Position numbers and translations under genes: made by a program
DNA from: Pocillopora damicornis
Taxonomy: Eukaryota
Assembly (NCBI RefSeq): GCF_003704095.1
Contig: NW_020847159.1
Location: 62,001-126,000 of the forward strand
Direction of reading: 5' to 3'
Length of the DNA: 64,000 nt
Part shown: in pieces, positions 35,697 to 51,159 of the stretch
Layout of the letters: each line of letters begins with the position of its first letter
Position numbering within the stretch: the stretch's first letter is position 1
The notes under the pieces: model-generated
Told to the model about the DNA's origin: nothing
Database searches by the model: none
The model's input: only the letters and a program-made list of their open reading frames with translations

Positions 35697-37562
35697 CATT
35701 ACAAATATGGACCAGTTGTATATACCAGAGGATTATCAGACAACATTGATTATTAGTACAATGGTGTTTATAGAAATTTGATTGTGTTGTAGATAGCATT
35801 CAAAGAAATATTTCATTTTACTCCTGGATGCAGTGGTCATTACATTAATGAAGAAAAGATAACTGTCATTGTCAAACAAATTTAGTTTATATTACCTTGA
35901 TTGACACATACATGGGAAAATGGTCCATAAAATCTTTTGGCCTTTTTCAAATTGTATCATTTTATCAAGTCACTATTTATAGCCTTGTTGGTTCCAAAGT
36001 GGGAGGTGAGATCTTAAGAATTTGATATGGGAAACTAGGTAGTTAAACTTATGTACTGTATAATGTTATAATAAAAACTTATCCATTACAGATTAACAAG
36101 ATGTTTCTTGGAAAATCAATCACACTACACCCTATATATGACCCACCTCCAGTAAGATGTCATTCAGACTTTCTGTCTGACAGTAAACTACCCCCACCCC
36201 CTTATAAAGAGGTCCCCCTATGCTATGACAAACACCTTGAATTCATACGCCCATGATAGTTGGAGTGTGCTTGGAATCAAATGATGATTTTAGTCATGTT
36301 TTTTATAGAGGGCTCTAAAGTAACTACATCTTAAACTGTGTGAACCCTGCCTGATATCAGCAAACAATTAGTGCAAAATGGAAATACATCATAAAAAACA
36401 CCCCATAGCATCTGCATCAATTGCTGTTCTGTTGTTGTTGTTGTTGTCCTTGTCGTTGTTTTTCTTCAATCCCCATAAGCGCATGATTAGGTAACTGCTC
36501 TTTTCTGAATGTGTCAATTGTGGATAGGTAGCCATCAGCTTTGAAGCATCAAGCCAAGGAGCCTTGCTACTCATTCATTGCTCTGCTGCTCAAGGCTTCA
36601 CAGTGCACATCGAACCATTTGCCTTGCAGGCTTTTGCCACCGGCTGAACCTTTTAAAAAGACTCCCAGCTAAGAGTTCTGAATTTACAAGAGGTGAATGA
36701 TTTATAAAGGATGTAGTTAACTCACTAACCAATTTTTCACAGGCAATTCACACCTTAAAAGAATCTCAATTACTTTTATTGTTTGTTAACAATATACAAA
36801 ATTTTGAAGTTAAAAGTATCACACAAAGTCAAGACGATGTATCAGATGCTAATCTTTCAAAAACAAAAATAGCTCTATGGTATTCAAAAGGTTAAATATA
36901 GCTAGCAGCTTTGGCACTTGTTTACTAATGAAGATTTGTATTACTGTTAAACTGTATGCAGGAATGAAAATTTGATATGAAGCTAGACTGCCAAGACCTC
37001 CAAAAACCTTCTTAATTCCTATATTAGCACTTACTAATAAGGATATAACATAGGATAACACAAGTAATGGGAAAGATTCCTGACTATTTCACCAGCCATT
37101 AAAAGGTACATCAGACATTGCATTAGTTATGTCCTGGGCACTTAATTGAGAACTTAGTTAAGGAATGTCCTCGTTTTCAAATTTCAAATTGGGTATATTT
37201 TCCTTGTGCAGAGGTAAATTTGATAATAATTTTGCTATAATGTTTTTTAAAAAGCCTAACTAAAATACGCCATTAAACCCCTGCCTCCCCCCTCCCCCTC
37301 CCCCACCCAAAAAATTTAAACACCAGTATTTCACAAAAGCTTACATCTTGGAGTTACAAGGAACTATAAATCGAACATTATTTGGCACTCCATCATAAGG
37401 GTACAAATGCGTAGAGCACATTTAGCTTTCCAGCAGGTATCAATGCACTCCACTAAACTGGATTACCTTAATTTACCATGGGATAAATTAATATTATCAG
37501 AATCTTAGTCATGATCTCTCCTGAATGTAGAGGTTTACAAGCATGCTCCTTTTAATGAATGT

Positions 37563-40500
37563 TCACAATTCACAAGGTTTGGCTTGAATTCTGTAGAACT
37601 TTGTTCCTACAGGAACTCGAAACCTGTTGTTTGGCTAAAAATGAGGAATGAAAAGAAGATTTTGGTTAGGTATAATGTTACCAATCAGATCAACCCTTAA
37701 CTCCCTAACATCAGTATGCATATTCTTCATAATTTTGTCTACACAGTTCTTAGGGGACTGAAAGGGAAGAGAATTTTTTAACAATCAGTAGCCTCTTTAG
37801 GTTGTGATCATTTCCATGATCTCATGAATGAAGCTAAACATGAGGGTGGTACCTACTATGCATCTGAGCTGAAATTCAAGGCTAATCAAAATGGATAATA
37901 GTCATTCAGGCATTCCTATTTACAAGGTCAGCACTGCTTTGAGCAGTAGAGATTAAGGCAGAGAATATGTAATGGAAACTTCGAGAGGGATTTGAGCAAA
38001 CTTTTCAAGAAGAATTAGTTTAGACCAATAAATATTTCCTATTTCTCACTGCCATAAAATATTTCAGCAATAGTGATTGATTCATGGTCAAAGCAGCTTT
38101 CATAACAAGTATTAACCTATAACTCTACCTTTTTAGCTTGACAGTATTCTTTATCAGTCATCTGTGCAAGCATCCATAGTCTAAGAATCGAAATGGAAAA
38201 GCAGTTAAAGTTTCCACTATGTTCAAATAGGATTATTTGTTTGTTGAACAGGTTGTGTTCAAATCAACTGAAAAAAATCTTAAGAGTAATATAAATAATT
38301 TAACAAGGGGGAAAATAAATCAACAAAATTTGAAACTTACCGTTTTTTAGGGCCACCTAAAAAGGTACAGAGGGAAGGATAATCAGAAAAAGTGCTATTG
38401 TTATATCCTTTAAACAAAAAACAGCAGTTTCCTCTAAAAATATTTGATGTCACCAATTTAAATATTAGCGAAACTTGTTTTAAAACACAATGCTCAAAAG
38501 TGGATGTCACTGTCAAACAAAATGAACAAGCTTCATTGAACACCAAGGGGAGTTCTTCAAAAGCTGGTTGACCCCTTAACTCCTAAGATCTCATTGTTAA
38601 TTCTCTCCTCTAGTTTCTACTCTTTCCCTTGTACATTAGTTTGGAGAATTTGGTGATAGATCAAGAAAAAAATTTCTACCTGTCTAAGTTTGAGTATTCT
38701 CATAACCTGTTTCCTAAATAATGTATGGATATTATAGGGAGAAGTTACATGTTAATCACTTCTTCTATTATCAGCAGCCTCTTAGGCTAAAGGTCAGAAA
38801 GACCACCCTGCTCAATACTCACTTGTTGCAAGATCTAATCCTGCCATTGAGTCTGGGTGTAAAAAGAACAACGTTGGTCCTGTACTCAAAGCTACATAGT
38901 TCTCATATCGTTCATCAAATAAGAGAAGAATCATATCACCACTTTGAAAGCTGTGGGGAAAAAAACAACAACACATGGTGAAGATGCATTTATGTTATTG
39001 AGAGTTTTAATCTTAAAGTGGGAAATTTTAACACTAATGAGCTGCTGTTTTGCTTCTACCCCCTGGATGTGGCTTCCAATAAGAACAGTCCCTCTTTCCC
39101 AGCTAAGTCCAAAAGAACACTTACTGTACTGAGTCGAGCCAGAAGCTTATAACCAAGTAAGTCATGTCACAATGTAAACACTGATGACTGAGTAGTAATG
39201 CTGTTGATACAATTCATTTTTAAGATAATTCAATTTGACTTGTGAAATGAACTAAGCTAAAAAAAAACACCACTCCTAGCCTACAATTTTATGATGCCAG
39301 CACCCACTTGTAATCCTAGATTATCTAAAGTGGAAAAAAATTTTATTCCATAACCAAATTCGGAACCAATTCTTACTCTCTCAGAGAGATTTTATCCATC
39401 TTTGATGACACTGCACTTGCTCCACCTGGTGGTTTTATCTGATTCTGTAAATATAAATGAACAAATATATGATATTGCTATTTGAAGAAAATATCATTCT
39501 TGCATGCTTATTCCCTATATGATACCACTCATCGTCATTAATACAGTAGTACATAAACCCATCCACTCCAAGAACTGACAAATAATTTTATTATTTTAAG
39601 CTCCTTACTTTATTATAAACTTAATGACTGAGTGGGAGGGACAGGTAGGGATATACATGGCTTAAAGTCATGACACATGGACCTCTTGTCAGCCCGTAAG
39701 GATTTTAACATGTGATTGTCCTTCTCCATTTTTTTCTATTCTTATTTCAGCTCACAGCTTTCAGGGCCATATGTCTTGGTATAGCCTTGCTCATGCCAGA
39801 GACTTTGGCCCTGTTCATGCCACAGCCTATGGCCCTCATACAGTATTTTTGGTCACATTTTTTTCAATAAAAGTGTGTATGTGGCTATATGGGTCATAAA
39901 GTAGGGTGGGTTTTGTTTGATTCAACAACACATTCTTAGAGCTACCCAAAAAATGTACTATAAACAATAAGGAGAGGTGATATTAGAATCTGGGAGATGA
40001 AAGAGGTAGGTTAGTTTACTTACTAGCTGTTGCTGAAGAAGTTTAATCTGTTGATCTTTTGCCTCCAGAACCTGTAAAATATAAATATATTTTCAAGATC
40101 TTTCCTGGTTCTCTCATGTTAGTGAATCCGATTGGTGTAAAATACATACCCTCATGGGGTGATCTGACTAGTGTGAGATGTGTAACCTACTGCAGTGATC
40201 TGATTGGTGCATTGGTGCAAACAACATAACACTTGATATACTAACATAGAGTTATTTTATATATCCATTTTAAATATCCATCTTTCCATTTTATATATCC
40301 ATCTTTCCATTTTATATATCCACCATTATATATATAATAACTAACTAAATGCTTCACTTTTTGGACTCACTTGTTTCAGCTGACCAAACTTGTCCACAGT
40401 TTGCTCTGACAATGTTTCAGCCAGCTTTTTGTTTTCCTGTAAAATGAAATGTTAATTGCAATAAGGTTTGTCATCTATATGATACTTGAACCTCCTTATT

Positions 40501-43500
40501 TTAAATACAAATTAAGGACATCAATTAAAAATTTGTAGTACCAAAAAGTTTGCACAGGAACAACATTTAAAGAAGTGTGACTTAGAATTTGGTGATTTTA
40601 ACATGACAGAAAATGTATACTACATCTTAATGAAGAGTTCATCACCTCTTCCAGGAATTTCATCTTCTGTTGATCATCCTCCTCAAGCACAGCATCAGTA
40701 CCACACCTGCAAACAGTGGTTATGATGTAAGATTATAACAGACTATTACTTACACCTTTATGCCTAATAATTAATAAAATTCCCCTTTGCTCAAATGCCA
40801 ACACCCAGAGAACCATCATCTTCAAGAGAACATCTAACAATTAAGTAAATATCACGAATTGACTCCAACAAATGGCTGTGTTTTAGTCACAACTGAAGAC
40901 CTGACCCAGTTTTTTAAAGGGCAGATAATGCTATCCAATGAATTAATGTTGCTTTTCAGCAAATAAGTGTCAACAAACTGTACTGAACTATCCACTGGAT
41001 AGAGCTTCCTCCAGTAGATAGTGTTATCCACTGTTTGAACAACATGGGCCAGATGTTAACTTCTCGGTAACTAATAGCCCAGTATGATTACATTCATCTC
41101 TGACTCACTCAGTTTCTTTATGTTTCCCTGGTAACCCTTGTGCTCTATTTGCTTCCCAAACTTGTCGTTCGACTTGCAGCAATGCCAGTGCTGATGCTTT
41201 CTCCTGTTCAATCTGCTCTAAGAATTCAGCCTCTTTGTTTTTCATTAGCATCTCTGAATTCAGAATACTGGATTCTTTGTCTTGAAGAGCTGAACATGAG
41301 AATTTCCAAAAATTATTTTAAATAACTGGTGTGAAAGGAAAGGTTTTTAATTTAATAATGAAATGCCTCATGACTGCAGGCACAGGAATATCTTCATAGA
41401 GGTGCAGGCATAAGCCCTGGTTGGGGTCCCTGCATTATAAACTTGAGTAAAACACTCAATGGAGGTTGTTGGGAAAATTTCAAAGAATCCTAGAAATAGT
41501 TATAACTGGAGAATCAGCTCTGACAGCTTCTATTTCCCAACAAAGGGAATTCATTGTTTGAAATAACAAGAAAGATCAGAATATCCCTAAGCTTTCAATT
41601 ACATGGAATAACACAAAAAGTGGTCAATATGTACTGTCTCCCTAAAATATCCATACATTGTCCAGCAAACACGTTATGTGAATAGTCTTAACAGTTGGAA
41701 GTTGTTATCTCAATCTAACACCAAATGCTTGTCACTAATAAACAAGAAAATGCATAGCAGCTAGAAAGGAGAATTGACAATCAAATCTTAGGAGTTAAAT
41801 GGTTAACTGGCGCTTTCCAAGGCTGAAGTGACTTTTAGCATCTTATCCCACACTGCAGTTAAAAGACTACGAACAAAATTGTAAAAAAAAAACAACAAAA
41901 AAAAAACACTACCTGCCACAAGCTCCTGTTCTCTTTTGCAAAAGGCACTGCGTGCTTGTCCAAACTCTTCTGTCATCCTGTCTTTTTCCATTGCTAAGGA
42001 CTTCATATCTTTCTCCTGTTGTTCAAGTAACTGTTTCAACTCTCTAATTTTTTCTTGTGCCTGTAAAACAGCATGTTCTTTCTCCCTCTTCAGTTTCATC
42101 ATTATGGCATTAAATCGTATTTGCTGATCTTCCTCATAGCGTGACTTGTTTTCCTGAACCTTCTGTGCTGCACCTTCATGTTCTTCCAGTTTGGCTTTGT
42201 ACTCTGTCACAATTTCACTCCACTTTTCAGTTTCTTCTTTATGTTGAGATTCATTTCTTTCCTTCTCAGCTTGCAGTTGTGTTAGTTGATCTAGAATTTC
42301 TTTTTTTTCAAGCTCAAGTCTAATTTTGATTTCTATGAATTCTTTTTTTTCTTTCTCAAACTTTGCATTCATTTGCACCAACTCTACTTCAAACTCCTCT
42401 TTAGTTTTTTGCAGAATGTGTTTGCCACACAAATCCCCTTTTTCTTTTAAATTGCCGACAGCAAGTAAAACATCCTCCTTCATCTTTGATTGCCACTCTA
42501 TTAACAGTCCTTTGGCATCATTCAGACCCTGACGCAAAAAATTGAGCTCATCCTTCACACAATCCTTGACCTTCATGTTCAATTGTTTAAATGTCTCTTT
42601 TTCCAAAATAGCCTCCTCCCAAGATTCTTGTGTTGATGTTAACTGATCTTGTAGCTGTTGCAATCTTTGAACCACATCATTTGGAATTGACAGAGTAGCT
42701 GTCTCCAGCTCCTGGCTTCCAGAATCTAAAGCTGAAACATCAATAGATCTTTCAGTGCTCTGAGTTCCAGAACTAGCCAGAGTTGGTGTTTGACTAGCTT
42801 CCTCAAGCAGCCCGCTGCAGTCTTCTTGAACTTCACCCACAGGTTGTAGATCAGGTGAGATCTCCTTCTCATTGAAATTAACTTCTAAATCTGCATCAAT
42901 AACAGTCACATAATCCTCATGTGCTGAACGAAAAACTAGGTCACTATCATCAGCTGCTGAGCTTTTCTCTGAAGAAGTATCACTGTTACTTTTCTTCCTC
43001 TCACTAGAGTTACTATCATGAAAATCCTCAGTGGTCTCTGCAGTATCCTGAGTACAATAGTTTTCTGTTGCACCTTGCCTCCCTTCCTGTCCAGGAGTGT
43101 TCTGATTGCCACTACATGTCCATTGAATTTCTGAGGAAGCATCCACACTCATTTGGGTAGCTTTGCTTTCAGAAGAAGACATGTCTACAATTGAAGATGT
43201 CACCTTCTTATCTGTAATACTATCACTAGTTCTGTCAAATTCTGCAGGAAATTGAGCAACACTGCTAACATTTTCAAGTTCTTCTGACTGTAAAAAACTG
43301 TTTTTTGCACCCTCCTCTCCCATGCTGACATTTACTGAACTAGACTCCAGATAAGAAGCTAGCTCTGGAATCTGATCTTTCAATTCTTGTAGGTCATTTT
43401 CAGATATGACTGGAAGCTGTTCATCAAAAGGTCTGGGTGGCTTTTCCTAAAAAAAGGAGGCTAATAAGCATTAATGATTGTTTTAACCCTTGAGCTCCAT

Positions 43501-46500
43501 GAGTAACTAGGATAGAATATCTCTTAACAAAATCAATACAAAATCAAGTAGACAAGTGATATGAATAAACAAAAATATCAATTAGGGGATTTTCTAATTG
43601 ATCCAATACCAAATTCTCAGAACTAACAACACATGAATTGTTTGACAGACAGTGAGGAAGAATTATTGATAAGATCTTGGGAGTTGATTTGGTATTGATC
43701 CAATACCAAATTCTCAGAACTAACAACATCAAATGACAAACTAATATTAATAATGGGAATTAATTTATGTGTAAAATAGATCAATAAGCATTTCTGATGG
43801 GCAATACAGACTGAAAACATACCGCAAATCTAGATGGCCTGTCAGACAAGCCACTGAACAAACTTTGTAAAAAATGCTGGCCTAGAAAAATATGAAAAAA
43901 ATTGTGGTGATTATTGATATTTCAATAGTTTCATAGATGTACATAAATTTTGAAAAAGGCTAGATTGAAGTTTAGTATACTTTAAAATGTATGTCTAGCA
44001 AATCTTGATGAATAATAAATACACACCACACTTTCAAGGTAAAAGAAAGCTATTTCATTTAGATGTGGTAACTCAATTCCCAATGTTTGATTTAAATTAT
44101 AGTTTCTTTTGCTTCTGGTAATGTAACATACATGTCATGCACCTAATTGACATATAATAGCAAGTTTGAAACAAAAGAACAGGCAACATGTTTTTACTAA
44201 CCAAAGAGCAACTCAAATTCCTCTCTCTGCGCTGTTTCCTCTGTCCTTGCTTCTAATGAGCTCTTGCATAATTTACTCGCCCACTGAAAAAAGAAATTAT
44301 TAACAAAAGGATTAATAGGATCTTGAAAATTTAATTTCAGAAAAATATAAAATTATTTATGAACATAGAGTAATTCAGTATGAATTTTTACCTTTTGAAA
44401 TTGTGAAGAAAATGACCTTCGTCTCACAACTTCTGCAACAGCTAGGATGTACATGCGTGGTGCCTCGTTCACTTGTTCAATAATCTCCAATCTAAAACAA
44501 ATTAACTATTATCATTAAAAACAAAAAAGATTTGTAAATCGTCAAATTTTGCTTACCTTCGCTTTATTCTTCTTATATTTTCATGGTACAAGATGATGGT
44601 TCCATCACAATCACAAATTTTCTTCTCAACATACATAATCCATCTAAATGAGACAGGATTGTTGATCAGCATTAATTCAAAATGAAATTTGCGAATTGTA
44701 GAGAATTTAGGGCTGAACCTAAGAGTGACTAGCATCTAAATTCTCCCCTGAATCACACATTAAGGTAACAAAAATAAGGGAAATGATCACCAACTACAGA
44801 AGTTCCTGATTATCAACCAAACTGTCCTTTTTAGTACATTAAAAAATGTATGGAGAGCAGTAGGGAAAATATGCATACTGATGTTTTGGGTTAAAGTTAA
44901 ACATTGTCTAACTTGAGCCACAGTGTTAGACAATCAAAACACCTAAGATTTCTTTTGACATTATTTTTCTGAAGTGAAAAAAGAAAAAAAAAAAAAAAAG
45001 GGTTTTCCAGACTCAGCTAAAATCTTTCCATATTTGATAAAAGTATTCTTAAAACTCAACATTCAAACTTATCATGAAATTGCAGAGGGTTTAGAACATG
45101 ACTAAACTTAGGCTGAGCTTTGTTGAAATAAACAGCTCTACAATTCAAAGCAAAACGTTTTTTCATATATTTCACAAAACTATGATAACAATTATCATAA
45201 GTTTAGTTTTTATTAACATATTTACCTAACATATCATGTGATATCATTTTATTAACATATTTTATTAAGTAAACATATCATGAGACAACCATATACCTTA
45301 ATCTGGTGTGGAGATTAGCGGACAACTCATCCTTGGCTTTGGCACATTTTTTCCTGATATCCCTGATGTTAAATTAAAGGAAAAATAATAATCTCATAAA
45401 ATAATACAGTATAATTGCTGTGTAACTGTACTGTGCAGTATGACTGGTCAAAAATTGTATCATTTTCCCTTTTTAATCTACCCGAGGATCTCATTTTGAC
45501 TTTGATGAATGATTGTTGAATGAACCCTTTTAATCATATGTTGTTAGTTTAATCTAGAAATGGGGAAAAACACAGATTGCTCCGCTGATTTAAGGAGAAG
45601 TAAAAATAACAGGGCAGGGACAAAGCTGAAAGCATGACCACATTTTACCTGAGTGGTCTGTTCTATTCCACACCATTTATTTACTTGATAAGGTGTTTTG
45701 TAGTACATCACTAAAATACTCCCTTTCTTCAAAAATCCTCTGCACCATTTACTAAACAGACCCTTTCACTGATAAGTTTCAATTATTTTCAAAAGATTTC
45801 ACAGATTTTTAAATTAAAAAAAATAAAGTGACTCTTCTTTTTAAGACTAACTATGCTTGCTACATGAAATTTATTCTTGACTTATGTCACTGATAATCCT
45901 GAGGGAAAAATAGCTCAAAACACTGGAATAATATATTACTACAAACCTCAAATAGGAGTGGTTCTTTGTCAACATCAAAAGCTGTTTTTGGTGACTGGCA
46001 CATAGATCATGAAGAACTGACTGGTCACGGCCAATATTTTGAACACTTGTCAAATTCTGTTGCAGACCCTGTGACATGTCTGCTTGGGACTGACGGAAGG
46101 TTTGCACAGTCTGAAGAATGTGTTGAAGTCCAGCTAGTCTTTCATCCAATCCTTTGATTTCTTTCATGTTTGTATTATCAAGCGACTCTGTTTTGATTTG
46201 GGGAAATGTCAAAAGGAAGGGGATAAGGTTATATCTGTTACAATTCAAAGGGAATCCTGGAGCTGTTGAAACCTTGCATTCTAAAAACCATACTCAAAAC
46301 ACACGGTGATGAGCTTAGTTAACCTTTTAGTTAACTCCTAGACATCATTAACAAGAAATTTCTCCCTATAATATCCATACATTACCCAGCAAACAGGTAA
46401 TGGGAATACTCAAACTTTTAAGTTAAAACAGGTGGATGTTGATATCTTGATCAAAAGCCAAATTCTCCTAATTAATTTTTAAAAAAATGTGTAGCTCCTA

Positions 46501-49500
46501 GAGGCAAGGATTAACAATCAGTTCTTGGGAGTTAAAGAGTTAAAGCCCTGGAAAGCTTCTGAGCCAGAAGGACAATCCATCCAAAGCTTTTCCCTATTTA
46601 AGTACCATGAAGTGACTTTGTGCATTGAGACTCCCTCCTGAATATGATGGTAGTCCATCCCAGGGTTACCCCCCAGCATTTTATCACACTTCCCTGACAA
46701 AATGCCAATATCCATACACCTCCAAGTGATGTGTGGCCCCTTAACTCTTTAACCCTAAAAAGTGAGTATCATCTCATCTCTCCTTACAGTCACAAAACAT
46801 TAAGGTCATGAAACAAATTCAATCATTTTATACATATTCTCCTTTTCATCATCATAGGAAACGTAATGAGAACAGTGTGGAGAATTTAAACACTCATGTT
46901 TAAGAGTAAATTGTCCTTGTTAAGAACATTACACCTTAGCATAGCCATCCATTGCACTCAGACCTTTCAACCAAGAGTCAAGCACTTGGCACAAGCCATT
47001 GGGCAACTTCATCTTCCAAATAAAGAATAAGTAAATGAACCGGTTGCAATCAGGAAGTATTAAGGTGTGTGGTTTATTCTTACCTAAAACCTGATTTACT
47101 TCTGTAGTAATTTGAGTCAGATGTGATTCATCAAACTGCTCCACTGCCTCAATACACTGTTTGACCATATCCTGAAGACTATTCTTGTTGTCCTACCAAG
47201 AGAGAAAGGGTAACCTAGGTGCATGTAGACAATTTACTCATTTGCTTTCTTTAGTTCTTGCTTAATGAATTGTAGTGAAATGTAGAATTAAAAAAATCCT
47301 GACAATACACTAAGTAAACAAGTCTTATCTGCTCAAAGGCAAAGATGTTCCCATCACTAGGGCTTACCCTGGTAATTTTGACATAATGTAGTTAGGAATT
47401 GTTTTCTTGCCCTCAATGATCATGGAACTCTAATCCATCATTCCCTCTCCTTCCTCACCTCCCTCCCCTTACCCCTCCCCTGCCCCTATAAGCTTTCTTA
47501 GCACTTCACTAGTATTCAACCATATTCCAGGGTGGAGAAAGGAACCAACAGAATAAAGACTCTTGCCCAACACAATAACTAAGCAGGAACTTGCACCTGG
47601 ACCTCTCAAACTAGAGCACAATACAGCCTGCTGTAATTACACCACTGTTTCTCATTCCAAGGAATATATACTAAAACAGGGCTGTAATTACTGGCTAATA
47701 AATATTATTGTAAGTTTCAAGAAATCTGATCAGAGGGCAAATTTTATTGTTAGATCAAATAAAATTCAAAAGAACATTTTTTGCTTCGTTGCACTTATGA
47801 ATAAAAAAAAAAAACATTCTTTATTATAGGGGCTTCAAACAGCTGTATTTACCTGTGCACTTATCCAGTCCAGCAGACTAACCACATTATGTTGTCTAGC
47901 TTGGGAAAACTGCCTTGAAATGAGGCATGGAAGTACAGGTATTCTAGCCAGTAGAGGCAAGATCTCTTTGAACCTACAAAATCATTAAGTAGCTTTCAGC
48001 TTTCTTGTGATAAAGTAGAGGACAAATGGCTTATCTACAAACTAAAATTAATCGAAGGAAAATTTACATCTGCTTTGCATACCTGTCAAGTAACTCAATA
48101 TATCTCGTCCTTGAATCCAGAAACTCTGAGTAGATTTGATTAACACTACTTGATCTGGCTTTGAACTCACTGGTGAAAAATTTTATTTAAAAAGAAAGAC
48201 AGGCAAGTTACAAAAGTTGAGCATTAAGACGAAAGTATCACAAAAATTATTAAAAATCAGTTCAGCTTAGGTACTTTTAATGCATACTTGTAAGTGTAAG
48301 ACTCTAACTGTGTTCTAAATTGCTTACAAATAATTTAAAATAGAATTCTTATTCTGACACATTCCCATAAATTACTCGCTTCAGTTTAGGGTATCTAATT
48401 TGCTTCCTAAGGATGTATGTTTCATATTAAAATGAATTCAAACTTGTTTGAATAGTGTTTTTCCTTGGTCAAGGATTAGTGCGATAATGTATCAGGAACA
48501 AAGGGAAAGAGAAATTAATCTAGTTTAAAGCCATATTGACCTGAGATTCATTTTAAACTACAACATATATGTAAAGAGGCTTCAAAAGTACAATATAGGT
48601 GGAAGGATTTTTTTGTTTTGAAAAATACCTAGCAATACTCTCCAAATTTGCAACAACTGCTGCCCATCCCTTCCGTTGCAGCTTTTGCTCATACACTAGA
48701 TTTTGACAGCTCTCTGCAATTTGTATGGAAAGTGAATGGAATTCCTAAAATAAAGAAAAGACAATGCATATGAGTCTATTAATTTAGTAACAAGTGTAAA
48801 AAGCGATCAAAATTATAGTAAAATATAAAGTCTAATTAGATAGGGTGCAAGTAAGAAGGACACCATATCATCAAATAAATGCATACACATATCACTAAAA
48901 GTGAAACCTTTCTGTTTTATAGTCAAATATCCAAAAATTACTCTCACTAGTGTCTCTTTCAATTAATAAAAGAGTCTGCTGAGAACATAGGTTGCTATTT
49001 ACTCAATACAACACATCTGGCAGTTTTTATTCACTATAAAATCTTCAAGGAACATACAGATGCTAGCTGAGCTCTGGATACAAGAGTTTCATATGCGGGT
49101 GGTAAATTCAAAGATTTTTCCACTTGCTCCTTCAAATTTGCTTCTACAAAAAATAATCAAATATCATTAGTATCAATCTGTAATCATTACTACATATAAT
49201 AACAAAATATATCTAACACCCCCTTCCCGATTCCCAATAACTCCCATGAGTGACCAAAACAGAATTTCTCCTTACAATATTAATACAATATCAAGGAGAC
49301 AAGAGATGAGAATATCAATCTGCAGGGTATTGGTTGATCCTATATACCAAATTCTCTACATTGACACCATAAGAATTGTATGACAGACAGTAAGAAGAAT
49401 TTCTAAAGAGATCTTCAGAGTGCAAGGGTTAAATTACTGCCTGTAAGTTGAAAAGTGACTCAGTACTTACCTGAACCTAAGGTAAGACTGGGAGATGGTG

Positions 49501-51159
49501 GAATAGAGGACTCAATGGTGGATTTGCTGAACAAAAATATTGGGTTGGTATCCTAAAACAGAAACCTTGTGTTAGAACATCCTTAGCTAATCCAACATTT
49601 TTAGTCTAGGCCTTGGTGCATGGGGCTCAATTACATTCTGATTTTGTGTAAGTAATGATGCTGAAAAGGTTTATCTGAAACATCCAATAAACAAAAGCAT
49701 ACTGACACAAGATTTTGCTTGGTTCGTAATGAAACACTGTTAGTGCTTTTATAAGCTGATTCCCCTGGTATACATGCCCCTTCTCTAATACATCCCCTAT
49801 ATATGTGCATAGGACTCCTAAAGCCTTACAAAGTAAGCAATGAAATTCACTAGCTGCAAGGTGAACATTGATTCTGAAAAGATAAATCTAGAACCAGAAT
49901 ACACCACTGGTACTTACAGTGCCAGCACTGTTATAACTGTAGACTCTTTCTCTGGGATCCAATGCTTCACCATTAGATATTAACAAGACTTGTTTATCCT
50001 CTGGGATCCCTGTTTCAGCAGCCACTGTACTCATCAGCACTTGAACACTGTTTAAAAGAACACACATCTCAACCTTGGGTAAATGAAGGAACTAGGATAG
50101 TTACTAATCCCTCCAAATCAACATTGATTCAACACTTTTGTCTGGTAAAGGCAGTTGTTTAGGTTTTTTTTTTTTTTATTTCCAGAGTTTGAAACTGCCA
50201 ACAGCACCCCAGTTCATCTGCTTAGAAGATGAATGATCTCCAGCAAAAATAGACCAAATCAGCCCAGTTTCTAAATGTTCTCTGTCCAAACTGTCACGCC
50301 AAAATCAGAGTCACAAACTATAATATGGAATCAAAAATCCAATAAAGCCTTGACAGTTGATTTAAAACCCTGAAAAGCATCATCATAAAATAAAAAGCAA
50401 ATTTTTTTTCTTCCGATCTTGATTACTCATCATAGCAACTATTCAATCGCCGCATTTTCTATAATTACTCCCACTGAATGCATAGAAATTCTGTTGTGTA
50501 TGACAAGACAGCACATCCTTCGCTTGGCAGCACTCAAAGTTCCACTAATTCTACTTCATGTTGCATGTCAATGCACAAATGCCATGTTGGATTAATAAAA
50601 ACATGTGTTTTAATACCATAGTCAATCATTGGCTATGGTATTATCATACACAATGTATTTTCCCTTTTTGAAGTTCTATTTTCAGATCTGACATAGGGAA
50701 GTTTTTGAAATTCACCTTTCAGTATGACCTTTGGGAGAGAAATATTTTGCCTCAAAAATGCATTTTATATCATTGATTATTGTATCCACACATACAATTA
50801 TTACTGGGTTCTGGATGTAAACTAAAGCAGACATACATAACACCTAAATTAATCATTTATATGTCGTTCACTCATGGCACACTGAAATATTTTACAACCG
50901 GGACATGAACTGCTTCAGCCAACACCAGGACTGTCAAAACAGAGAGACTAAAAAACAGTTAAACATAACTTCGTCATAAGTTTTGATCAAACTTGTTTGG
51001 TCACGTTTCGATGAGCACGTAGGTGACCTAACATATGCCAAGTAAGAAGTCTTCCCTACCAGTTGTACAACATTATAAAATCCTCTCTCACCTTTCCATT
51101 GCCAGCTCCATTTCAAAAGTGTACGTACTCCCCAGGTCGACATAAAATACATGCAACAT
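37563..51159 (-). CDS. RB1CC1: RB1-inducible coiled-coil protein 1 / FIP200 (Atg11/Atg17 scaffold)
   Basis: About 24 GT-AG exons. N-terminus MLHVFYVDLGSTYTFEM (ATG at 51159); DTNPIFLFSK; LQRKGWAAVVANLE; MKEIKGLDERL..L; one large exon 43447-41913; 16-nt micro-exon 38356-38341; C-terminal Claw KISLRDFQSGD..FDERYENY...KEYCQAKKPNNRFRVPVGTKFYRIQAKPCEL*. Confidence 0.93.
40255..40325. repeat. 21-bp minisatellite (ttttatatatccatctttcca, ~3 copies)
   Basis: Directly visible. Confidence 0.7.

Noticed and set aside
39377-39444. Suspected frameshift in the RB1CC1 exon before the Claw domain
   Set aside because: On recount the T-run has four bases, giving in-frame MDKISLRD|FQ. The gene is intact.
9312-51159. 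U12-type or non-canonical introns
   Set aside because: All junctions I traced in PLPP, PET100, EPS15, R3HDM4 and RB1CC1 are ordinary GT-AG with no RTATCCTT donor.
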